Source: a virus. From it: DNA of 64,000 bases. This document shows positions 46,803-55,424 of this stretch, in pieces. The stretch is taken from positions 18,362-82,361 of the IMG/VR virus record IMGVR_UViG_3300013307_000002, one strand, 5' to 3'. The translations under genes were made by a program, and so were the position numbers. How positions within the stretch are numbered: position 1 is the stretch's first letter; each line of letters begins with the position of its first letter. A model generated the notes under the pieces. The model was not told the origin of the DNA. It did no database searches and saw nothing but the letters and a program-made list of their open reading frames with translations.

Positions 46803-48638
46803 ATGGAGAGTGAAAAGAATGTGAACTATGACCCATTTAAAATTGAAATGTGTGTCGCTGATATTATTAGTCGTCAGTCAAAACATGGAGTAAATTTTAA
46901 TGGTCGTCAAGCACGTTGGTTTGTTCATGTCTTAACAGAGTATATTCTGAATATTGATATTGAACTTATCCCTCTCCTACCCAAAATGCGTGTCGATGGA
47001 ACCTCGTACAGAAAGCCTTTCAAATTGAATGGTGACCTGTCAAAATTTCCTAAGCAGTATGCTGATAGGGTAGGTTTGACAAGAGAGGAAATCGGTGGGC
47101 CGTTTACTGCAATTGAGTATGTAGACTTTGACCCCTCGAAAGTACAACGTGTTAAAGAAGCACTTATGGATGAAGGTTTTCTTCCTCCTGAGTGGAATAG
47201 TGTCAAGAAGCCGTGGAACGTACACGAGTTTCGTCGTGACTTACAACGTATGACTTATGCTGAATGGGTTAACTCCTACAGCAGAGGGAATGCTAGAGAG
47301 CGTCAGATTGCCGCAATGGTTGATGCTGATGTTCAGAAATTTATTCAAAAGCATTTCAAACTACGTACTGTTAATTATATGAAGGCTTATCTTTATGGAT
47401 TAGGCTTCAATGCAAAAACAAGACCACCGACTTTTGATCAAATCAAGAAGAGACTTGCTCTTTCAGATAAGTGGATTACTGCACCAAAAGACTTAGAGGA
47501 GACGCTGGATGAAAGTCTAGGCGGTGACTTAGGTCGAGTAGGTGGACTGCTTAAAAAGCGTATGGTGGCTTCTCACCGTATGGGATTGATTAAAGGTTTG
47601 ATTGACAAGGAGCGCAGTGATGGTAAGTTATCAGCGGATGCTAACCCTTGCGCTACTCCGACTTTTCGTTTCAAGCACCGTGTTGTTGTTAATATTCCTT
47701 CTAGGGGATTCTTTGGTCACGAATGTCGTAGTCTATTCCAGTCTGACATTAGTTCCGATGTTTCTCATAGTAATGCTTTCATTATCACTAACAGTATTCC
47801 TGACGGTTGCTACCTTAAAACAGGTACTAACGTTATTTATGACCAGAAGAAGAATAAGCCGGTAGGTATCTATCAGTATTATGTTCCTGCTGGCTATCAG
47901 GTATTTGTTGGTTATGATGGTTCAGGATTAGAACTTCGTATGCTTGCTCACTACCTCATTGACGAGTGTAGGGAGATGCTTGCTGAAGCTATAGCGGAGA
48001 ATAATCTAGCTAAGAAAGCAACAGCAGAGCGTGGATTAGCTTCAGCTATTCTTTATCGTGATATTCTTCTTGATGGTGACATTCATTCACACAACCAGAA
48101 ACTGGCAGGTCTACCAACTCGTGATAACGCTAAGACGTTTATCTATGCGTTTAACTACGGTGCTGGCGACCTTAAGCTTGGTAGTATCACTGGTGGTGGT
48201 AAAGAGGAAGGGGCTATCATGAGAGAGCGTTTCTTAGCAGAGAATCCTTGTATTGCAATCTTAATTGAGCGCATGACAGAGAAAGCTAAGAAAGGTTATA
48301 TCACTGGTGTTGATGGTCGTAAGATTACAATGCGTAGAGATGCTCAAGGTAAAGTCATGACACACAAAGCTCTGAATACGCTTCTACAGAGTGCTGGTGC
48401 AATTGTCATGAAGTATGCAATGATCTTCTTAGATAAGTGGATTAAGCGTGATAAGCTTCGTTGTGCTAAAGTTATCGACATGCATGATGAAGGTCAGTTT
48501 ACTTGCCACCGTGAAGATGTCACTCCTCTGTGTGATTTAATGAAACTGTGCGTCAAGCAAGCTGGTGAATATCTGAAGATGGAATGTCCTCTAGCTTCTG
48601 ATTGTCAGGTTGGTGTTAACTGGTTACATACTCATTAA
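46803..48638 (+). CDS. DNA polymerase family A, polymerase domain
   Basis: Motif A YDGSGLELRMLAHY, motif B RDNAKTFIYAFNYG, motif C MHDE. Confidence 0.95.
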   Translation: MESEKNVNYDPFKIEMCVADIISRQSKHGVNFNGRQARWFVHVLTEYILNIDIELIPLLPKMRVDGTSYRKPFKLNGDLSKFPKQYADRVGLTREEIGGPFTAIEYVDFDPSKVQRVKEALMDEGFLPPEWNSVKKPWNVHEFRRDLQRMTYAEWVNSYSRGNARERQIAAMVDADVQKFIQKHFKLRTVNYMKAYLYGLGFNAKTRPPTFDQIKKRLALSDKWITAPKDLEETLDESLGGDLGRVGGLLKKRMVASHRMGLIKGLIDKERSDGKLSADANPCATPTFRFKHRVVVNIPSRGFFGHECRSLFQSDISSDVSHSNAFIITNSIPDGCYLKTGTNVIYDQKKNKPVGIYQYYVPAGYQVFVGYDGSGLELRMLAHYLIDECREMLAEAIAENNLAKKATAERGLASAILYRDILLDGDIHSHNQKLAGLPTRDNAKTFIYAFNYGAGDLKLGSITGGGKEEGAIMRERFLAENPCIAILIERMTEKAKKGYITGVDGRKITMRRDAQGKVMTHKALNTLLQSAGAIVMKYAMIFLDKWIKRDKLRCAKVIDMHDEGQFTCHREDVTPLCDLMKLCVKQAGEYLKMECPLASDCQVGVNWLHTH

Positions 48639-49167
48639 TAGGGAACATGAATGTCAGATGCAGTAACAAGCGAATTAAAAGATACCACCGAATATGATGT
48701 TTGGTGGTATTTAAAGAACTATAATAAACCTCAATGGGTTAATTCCCATGAGGTTGCATGGCGATACAGAATGTACGGTAAAAAATATAATCTACCAAAA
48801 CCAATAAAAGGTGAGAAATGAAAAGGTATTTTTGGATTGTAGATGAATGGGGGTGTATGAATTTCTTTGATAATATCTCAGATTTTCGACATGCTCGTAA
48901 ACACATTCACGGAATGATGGAGGGGGATACCTTCCATTATGGCAACTTTATGGCAGAGAATGTAGAAGATTGTTGGGCTACGGAAGATGTTCTTAAATGG
49001 AAAGATGGAATCTCCAATGACTGAAATGATTATTTATTATCACACTTACTATGTCAGCAGCGGTAAAGGCCACAGGAAAATTCATAAGGTTTACTTCACT
49101 AAAGAGGAGGCAGACGAGCATCTGCTTCTTATGGGAGGTGAGATGAAACCTTTCAAGGAGATTAGCA

Positions 49168-49650
49168 ATGACGACATTAGCTGAAATACGTGCAGCATTA
49201 GACAGATCTCAATGGGAATCAATAACTCGACATTTTGAAGCTGTCTCACACCAACATGAATTACGTATGACACCTGACGACTGGAGAGGTGATGCATCTT
49301 CATCTTTGGTTTCTACGACCCCTTATGAGGGGATGTTTAGATGGACAGTCAGATGCAACTCTTGTGGAACAATCATTGAAGGAGATTCCTGTGACTATGA
49401 GCGGTGTGAAAGAGTAGCATCTGCGGGAATAGTCAACGGAGTTATGACAGTAACAGATCATTTAGGAATAGAGAGAGCTAGGATAGGAGACATATCCACT
49501 GTTAATGATCATAATATTCCAAGAGGGTGGGTAGTAGCTGATGGTCGTGCTGTTAGTAGTGGAAGGTATGGTAGCTCTATCTCTAATATGGATGCGAATA
49601 GAGGGGGGTATGGATGGGGACTAAGCTCCAGAATAGGTTCGAGCCGCTGA
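49168..49650 (+). CDS. Hypothetical protein with tail-fibre-like fragments
   Basis: CxxC; DHLGIERARIG and IPRGWVVADGRAV segments. Confidence 0.55.
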   Translation: MTTLAEIRAALDRSQWESITRHFEAVSHQHELRMTPDDWRGDASSSLVSTTPYEGMFRWTVRCNSCGTIIEGDSCDYERCERVASAGIVNGVMTVTDHLGIERARIGDISTVNDHNIPRGWVVADGRAVSSGRYGSSISNMDANRGGYGWGLSSRIGSSR

Positions 49651-50045
49651 GAATAGCATTAGATTATGATGATACATTCTCCGCTGATAAGCCGATGTGG
49701 GCTAATATAGTAGCTTTCATGAAGGCTAATGGATGTGATGTAAGATTCGTAACATCTAGATTTGAATCAACTAATAAATATAGTAATGAAGATATTCTTC
49801 AAGACTCTGATAGAATAAATATTCCTATCATCTTTTGTAATGGTAAATCAAAACAAGAAGTAGTTGATAGAGTTAATTTCAAAGTTAATATCTGGATAGA
49901 TGATTATCCTTTATGGATACCTAGTCATAATGACATGGTTAAACTTCTATCTAAATCTTCTAGTTTACCAGAGACTAATGTTAATCTCTCTTCTTCTACT
50001 TCAGAGGAAAAATATTCAACAGAAACTCTAGTTATTCCTAGATAA
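49614..50045 (+). CDS. HAD-superfamily phosphatase-like protein
   Basis: ALDYDDT, VTSR, K, WIDD motifs. Confidence 0.75.
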   Translation: MGTKLQNRFEPLRIALDYDDTFSADKPMWANIVAFMKANGCDVRFVTSRFESTNKYSNEDILQDSDRINIPIIFCNGKSKQEVVDRVNFKVNIWIDDYPLWIPSHNDMVKLLSKSSSLPETNVNLSSSTSEEKYSTETLVIPR

Positions 50046-50191
50046 GTGGTACTCTAGCCTTACTCTATATAATGGATAAAGCATATAGCTTAGCTTAGCT
50101 TTGATATGCTAGCTTTGCTAGATGCTTCCAATCAGAAGTTAATAATACTCTTGTCCAAGATGGACACAATTCAAATAAGGATATACATAAT

Positions 50192-50938
50192 ATGTCAATG
50201 ATTCCACAGATGGCTTCTACTTCTACTGCTAAGAAATTCACCTACAACGTTATTCCTGATGGTGAGTACGAAGCTCGTATCGTTCGTTTTATTGGTCTTG
50301 GTGTTCACAAGCAAGATCCTTGGACTGACCCTAAAACGAAAGAAGTGAAAGAGAAGCAACCTGCATTCCGTGCTGATGTGACTTTCGAGTTGATTGGTCA
50401 GGATGCAACTGGAGTTGATTCAGAAGGTAAGCCACTGGAAGCTCGTCCAGCTTGTCAGTTTAAGACTTACCCAGTTAATCCTCGTGCTAAGAACTCCGGT
50501 ATGCTGGATCTTTGCAAAATGATTGACCCATCCATTCAGGCTCTGAAAGGTGATCTGAACTGGTTCAAAGAAGTTCTGTTAGGTCAGCCAGTCAACATCA
50601 CGATTGGTAACTACACTAACAAAGCAGGTGAAGTTAAGAATAAGATTGTTCGTATCGACCCAATCCCAGCTAAGTATCGTGGTGGTGTTGGTGAAGCTCG
50701 TACCGATCTGGTATTCTTCGAACCATATGCAACCACTGACGAGAACGTAGCGTCTTACAATAAGATCTACCCTTATCAGCGTAACCTTCTGGTTGATGCT
50801 ATGGATGCTAAGAATATTCCACTGGCAGGCAAAGAAGTTGAGAAAGCTGCTAGCACAGAAATGCAAGAACCTAAAGCTACTGTTGAAACTATCGACAAAG
50901 AGCCAAACATTGTACTGGATGATGATATCCCGTTTTAA
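50192..50938 (+). CDS. Single-stranded DNA-binding protein-like
   Basis: IPDGEYEARI N-terminus; acidic DDDIPF tail; high codon bias. Confidence 0.75.
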   Translation: MSMIPQMASTSTAKKFTYNVIPDGEYEARIVRFIGLGVHKQDPWTDPKTKEVKEKQPAFRADVTFELIGQDATGVDSEGKPLEARPACQFKTYPVNPRAKNSGMLDLCKMIDPSIQALKGDLNWFKEVLLGQPVNITIGNYTNKAGEVKNKIVRIDPIPAKYRGGVGEARTDLVFFEPYATTDENVASYNKIYPYQRNLLVDAMDAKNIPLAGKEVEKAASTEMQEPKATVETIDKEPNIVLDDDIPF

Positions 50939-50957
50939 TGTTAGGTTAAACTAATAA

Positions 50958-50986
50958 GAGGCTGCCTTCGGGTGGCCTTTTTCTTT
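50958..50986 (+). terminator. Intrinsic terminator
   Basis: AGGCTGCC-TTCG-GGTGGCCT plus T tract. Confidence 0.85.
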
Positions 50987-50997
50987 CTGGAGCATAT

Positions 50998-51348
50998 ATG
51001 TTCGATAAATGTAAGAAATGTGGTAAACGTTATTTTCTAAAAGCATCTGCATTAATATGTGCAGTGAACGATTATGAAAATGAACGGTCTAACTTAGAAA
51101 TCTTAATGAAAGCAAGCAGGAGAATCTCTATGGATATTCGTACCCGTCGTGAAAAAGAAGAGAATGAACGTCGCCGTCGCAGTAATAGTGGTTCATCAAG
51201 CAGATCTTCGTCTACATCAAATATGATTACAGATAGTGTGATTTACTCTGGGGCTTATGATAGTTATTCTTCCAGCTCTAGCTCAAGTTCATACGATTCG
51301 GGCAGCAGTTGTGATTCTTCCTCCTCTTCATCATCTTCGTGTGATTAA
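50998..51348 (+). CDS. Ser-rich hypothetical protein
   Basis: N-terminal CxxC; poly-Ser tail. Confidence 0.6.
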   Translation: MFDKCKKCGKRYFLKASALICAVNDYENERSNLEILMKASRRISMDIRTRREKEENERRRRSNSGSSSRSSSTSNMITDSVIYSGAYDSYSSSSSSSSYDSGSSCDSSSSSSSSCD

Positions 51349-51371
51349 TGTTGAACTTGAGGATGAACTAG

Positions 51372-51740
51372 ATGCAATTAAGCGTAACAACAATTGACAG
51401 GGCTTTGTCTATTGCATTGTTCGTAGCAACCTTTGCAGGGGGTTATTATGTAAAAGGTTTAGTTACTGATAAAGATGCACTAGCCCAAGAAAAGATTTCT
51501 CAACAGATTGTTCAGAAACAAGATGAAGCTGCTAGTGCAGTGGCTACTAAGGTTCTGGATAACCTGTCTGCATGGAGGCAGAATACACGAGATGTTGTTA
51601 AAGAAATCCACACTGAAACAAGCAACCCTGTGTTTGTTAATGTCTGCGCTACTGATAAGTACGTCGAGTTGTTCAACCAGAGGCAGCGCCAAGCCAGAGC
51701 GGCCCTTGCCGGTGAACTTAAAGCAGAAGTGCAGCATTGA
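51372..51740 (+). CDS. i-spanin (Rz-like)
   Basis: N-terminal TM helix, coiled coil, late Cys; overlapped by a lipoprotein in another frame. Confidence 0.8.
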   Translation: MQLSVTTIDRALSIALFVATFAGGYYVKGLVTDKDALAQEKISQQIVQKQDEAASAVATKVLDNLSAWRQNTRDVVKEIHTETSNPVFVNVCATDKYVELFNQRQRQARAALAGELKAEVQH

Positions 51741-51873
51741 TGTACCAGAGCTAACAGGGCCAACAGGTTTAGCTCTAACGAAAATAAATGATTGGTATCA
51801 GGATGAATACACACAATGTGCAGCCAATCATAATGGATTAATTGATGCTCTCAAGGAAAGAGGTATCCAATAA
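51592..51873 (+). CDS. o-spanin (Rz1-like lipoprotein)
   Basis: LISTSSC lipobox, Pro-rich region, Y..C...HNGLI tail; overlaps the i-spanin. Confidence 0.8.
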   Translation: MLLKKSTLKQATLCLLMSALLISTSSCSTRGSAKPERPLPVNLKQKCSIDVPELTGPTGLALTKINDWYQDEYTQCAANHNGLIDALKERGIQ

Positions 51874-52070
51874 TGTTTTTAGTCTTTGCCGGTCAAGGAT
51901 CATTTGACTATAATAGGGCAGGTGGTTGGAACGACTTCATTGAAGAGTTTCATCAAGAAGAGGTTGCTTTAGCTTTTGGTGAAAAACTTAAAAGTCAGTA
52001 TGCATGGGTTCAAGTTGTAGATTCAGATGTTAGAAAGATTATTTGGGAATATTAATGACATGGAGGTCAT

Positions 52071-52718
52071 ATGGCTGGTAAAACTACAGCAACCCGTTAT
52101 CGTATTCATGGTATCCCTATTGTGTATTGTGACAACTACACAGAGTTCTATAAAAAGAACTGGGGAGTAGTACACAAGTTCTTCATGTATGATTTAAAAG
52201 ATTATCATGAAGCTGAGGATATTACTCAGGATATCTTTATCAACGTCTGGAGATTTATCTTTGAACGCGATGAAAAGATTTATCGACTGCTTCCATCCCA
52301 CCAAGAGAATATGACTTATCAGGTTAAGAATATTATCTGGTCTATTCGTTCTAACCGAAACACAATGCTTGAACGTCGTATTGATGTATTGACTGAGAGT
52401 ATGATGTTTGATAATCCTAATAGTGATGAAACCCCTCTAGAAACGGTTGTAAACCGCTGTCATAGTGTAGGCGACCCATTCACTGAGTCTCGTGTTTATT
52501 TCTTCTTAGAAGACCTTCAGGAGTCTTATAGCGATAAGAAAGTAAGTGATATGTTCACACTAATTTTCTTAGGTTTCTCTCACGATGAAATTCAACAGAA
52601 ACTGAACATCTCACACGGAACATTCTACCGTCGTTATAAAGATCACAAAGCTAAATACGAAACTATTGCTTTGAATCACTTTTCATCAGAGGAGATGGAG
52701 CTTCATGAAGGAAATTAA
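52071..52718 (+). CDS. ECF-type RNA polymerase sigma factor (phiEco32 gp36-like)
   Basis: Region 2 EAEDITQDIFINVW; region 4 GFSHDEIQQKLNISHGT. Confidence 0.85.
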   Translation: MAGKTTATRYRIHGIPIVYCDNYTEFYKKNWGVVHKFFMYDLKDYHEAEDITQDIFINVWRFIFERDEKIYRLLPSHQENMTYQVKNIIWSIRSNRNTMLERRIDVLTESMMFDNPNSDETPLETVVNRCHSVGDPFTESRVYFFLEDLQESYSDKKVSDMFTLIFLGFSHDEIQQKLNISHGTFYRRYKDHKAKYETIALNHFSSEEMELHEGN

Positions 52719-52888
52719 GTCTTTCGGTTTTTACACTGTTTATTTTGTTAAGTATGTCCAGAAGTATTGGGTAATCAATACCGCTGAAGATGTTCTTGAA
52801 GCTGTACCAGATTCCTTACCGGAGGCTTTGGCGGTTGCCGAAGCTTTCAATAATAGCCTTGCTAAATTTATTATGGAAAACGATGCAA

Positions 52889-53482
52889 ATGACTAAAGTA
52901 GTTATTCTGAATGGCCCACCACGTAGCGGTAAAGATACTATTGGAACCTTTGCTGCTGATGATTGGGGGTTTGCTACTCTGGCTTTTAAAGAGCCTATGT
53001 ATCGTATTGCAGCAGATACTATTGGCATGAGTTATGAAGATTTCATGTTCAATTATGAAACTGATGGATGGAAAGATACTAAGGTAAAGGGTTGGGGAGG
53101 TAAGTCTGTTAGGGATCTGATGATTGCTATTAGTGAGACTTACATTAAACCTTTCTTTGGTGAAGATTACTTCGGTCGTAAAGTGGCTGAGAAGATGGAA
53201 AAGATGTCCCCATACGTAGCTCATTATATTATGACTGATGGGGGTTTCTTTGCTGAAGTTGATGCATTAGTAAAAGCGGGGATTGACGTTTACGTCGTCC
53301 ATATGTTCCGAGACGGTTGCACATTCGAGGGCGATTCTAGAGATTACATAGATCACCCGGAAGTAACAACCCTTATGCTGGAAAACAACGGAACGATTGA
53401 AGAAGCTCTAGAAGAACTGACAAGGATGTTAAGTGCTTATGGATTACCAACTTGCCCCGGAGACGATAACCCCGTCCTATGA
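52889..53482 (+). CDS. Deoxynucleoside monophosphate kinase
   Basis: ILNGPPRSGKDT, AFKEP, TDGGF..E, DSR motifs. Confidence 0.8.
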   Translation: MTKVVILNGPPRSGKDTIGTFAADDWGFATLAFKEPMYRIAADTIGMSYEDFMFNYETDGWKDTKVKGWGGKSVRDLMIAISETYIKPFFGEDYFGRKVAEKMEKMSPYVAHYIMTDGGFFAEVDALVKAGIDVYVVHMFRDGCTFEGDSRDYIDHPEVTTLMLENNGTIEEALEELTRMLSAYGLPTCPGDDNPVL

Positions 53483-54284
53483 TTATACGTTAGCTCTTGT
53501 CGATGCCGATGTTCTTCGATATGAGATAGGAGCTATTCAGACTGATCACCCCTTCTTGGCTGGGAATAAAATCCCGGCTAACCCTGAGTTTATCTATCAA
53601 CGGATTGAGGATAGACTTAGGAGAATCAAAGAAGCAACAAGCTGTTATAATATGTTCCTAGTATTCAGTGGACAAGGTAATTTCAGATACGAACATGCTA
53701 CCCTTGAACCATATAAAGGAAAGCGTACAGGTGTCGAAAAGCCCCACCACTGGATTACAGTAGATAACTACTTGAAGCAACATTATGATCACATCATAAT
53801 TAATAGTCGTGAAGCAGATGATTATTTAGCAGAGCGACAACGAGTAGATAAGAATACAATTATCTGTACTCGTGATAAGGATTTGTTAGTGACTCCCGGA
53901 TGGCATTATCGCTGGGCTTGCGGAGAGAATCAACCTGAAGTACCTCCTCATTATGTAACCGAGCTAGAAGCTTGGAGAAACTTCTTCTATCAAATGCTCA
54001 TTGGAGATAACACTGATAATATTATTGGTTGTGGTGAAAGACGACCTGTTATCAGAGGTGGTAAGGAAGTAATGTGGAGGTTTGGTATAGGTTCTAAAGC
54101 AGCCAAAAAGCTCTTATCTGGTTGTCAAACAACTACTGGCATGTATCATACTGTTAGAGCAGAATACTTGAGACTATTCCCTGATAAATGGGAATGTAAT
54201 ATGTTAGAGAACGCTAGACTACTATTTGTCGGACAAAGAGAAGATGATTTGTTTGATTGGTCTTGGCTAACTAAAGAATGGTAA
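53433..54284 (+). CDS. 5'-3' exonuclease (T7 gp6-like)
   Basis: VDAD, NFR, YKGKR, EADD, DKDL, GDNTDNI motifs. Confidence 0.9.
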   Translation: MLMDYQLAPETITPSYDYTLALVDADVLRYEIGAIQTDHPFLAGNKIPANPEFIYQRIEDRLRRIKEATSCYNMFLVFSGQGNFRYEHATLEPYKGKRTGVEKPHHWITVDNYLKQHYDHIIINSREADDYLAERQRVDKNTIICTRDKDLLVTPGWHYRWACGENQPEVPPHYVTELEAWRNFFYQMLIGDNTDNIIGCGERRPVIRGGKEVMWRFGIGSKAAKKLLSGCQTTTGMYHTVRAEYLRLFPDKWECNMLENARLLFVGQREDDLFDWSWLTKEW

Positions 54285-54448
54285 CATATTACTCAAGGAT
54301 GATATATGAAAGTAGATTACAGCCGCTATGAAGAGATGGAAACTCGTCAATCAACTCGTGATGTTCGTATTAAAAATCACCTGATGGATAAGCGTGGTAA
54401 TAAGTCTCGTACATACAAGACCTCCCATCGTGTTGAAAAACGTCGAGA

Positions 54449-54889
54449 TTGGGAGGAATAAGATTGGCTAGAAAAACTTCGGGGAGCAAGTCTCCCCTCA
54501 CAAGATGTTCTGGCAGATGGACTGAAGCTAGATATAATAGTTTTGTTAAGTCTGCAATAAGAAGTATGAGTGGTAGATGGCCTGTTAAATATGATGCTAT
54601 GAAGAAAGCTCAAGTAGGTATCATGATTAATGAAAAGACAGGACGTAAAGCAATGCACTATAAATGTGCTTGTTGTGGTTTAGACTTCCCCGCTAAAGAA
54701 GTTCAAGTTGACCACATCGAACCTCTCGTTCCTACTGATGGAGCTTCTCAGAACGATTGGAATATCATTATTGGCAGAGCTTTAGTAGAGGTTGACGGCT
54801 TTCAGGTTCTTTGCAAACCTTGCCATAAAGTAAAAACTAGTGAGGAAAACAATGAGCGTAGAAACAGTCGAAAGCACACAGACTCCTGA
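54449..54889 (+). CDS. HNH endonuclease
   Basis: CACC...VDH...LCKPCH..KT. Confidence 0.85.
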   Translation: MGGIRLARKTSGSKSPLTRCSGRWTEARYNSFVKSAIRSMSGRWPVKYDAMKKAQVGIMINEKTGRKAMHYKCACCGLDFPAKEVQVDHIEPLVPTDGASQNDWNIIIGRALVEVDGFQVLCKPCHKVKTSEENNERRNSRKHTDS

Positions 54890-55088
54890 AATGACTTTTC
54901 TTTATACTAATTATAAAGGTGAGACAGATTTGAGAACTGTAGTAACACCAAGCATCACTTACGGTGTTTCAGAGTATCATAATGATGGTGAACCTTGTTG
55001 GTTACTGGTAGCGTTTGACACTAAGAAAGGTGATTGGAGATCTTTTGAAGTGTCAAGCATCCGAAGTTTTGAACAAATCCCATTTTAA
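54852..55088 (+). CDS. Stand-alone WYL-domain protein
   Basis: F.YTNYKGE...R.V....I.YG...WLL.AFD..K...RSF. Confidence 0.8.
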   Translation: MSVETVESTQTPEMTFLYTNYKGETDLRTVVTPSITYGVSEYHNDGEPCWLLVAFDTKKGDWRSFEVSSIRSFEQIPF

Positions 55089-55387
55089 GGAAATGTTATG
55101 AAAAATCTGATGGATAGAAAAAGAGAGGGAATGAAAGCTCTTAAAAAGTCATGGGACAAACATGAACAAGAGCAAGTAAATAAACTTCTTGATCAAATGG
55201 AGTTTTGTGCTAGCAATATTAAAGCTTTGTGTGAAAAAATTAAAAGTTAAGGTATCAGATGAAGATAATATCTATAGTTGTTTATTGCCCACAATGTCAC
55301 TCATCTAATATTCAATCTAGTACTTACACAGATTATTGTGGTGACTGTAATTATATACTTCAAACCTATTAAAAGTTAAATAAAAAT

Positions 55388-55420
55388 AAACCCCCTTGGA
55401 TTTCTCCTTGGGGGTTTTCT
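55388..55420. terminator. Bidirectional terminator at convergence of the two arms
   Basis: AAACCCCC...GGGGGTTTT stem with A/T tracts on both sides. Confidence 0.75.
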
Positions 55421-55424
55421 TGTT

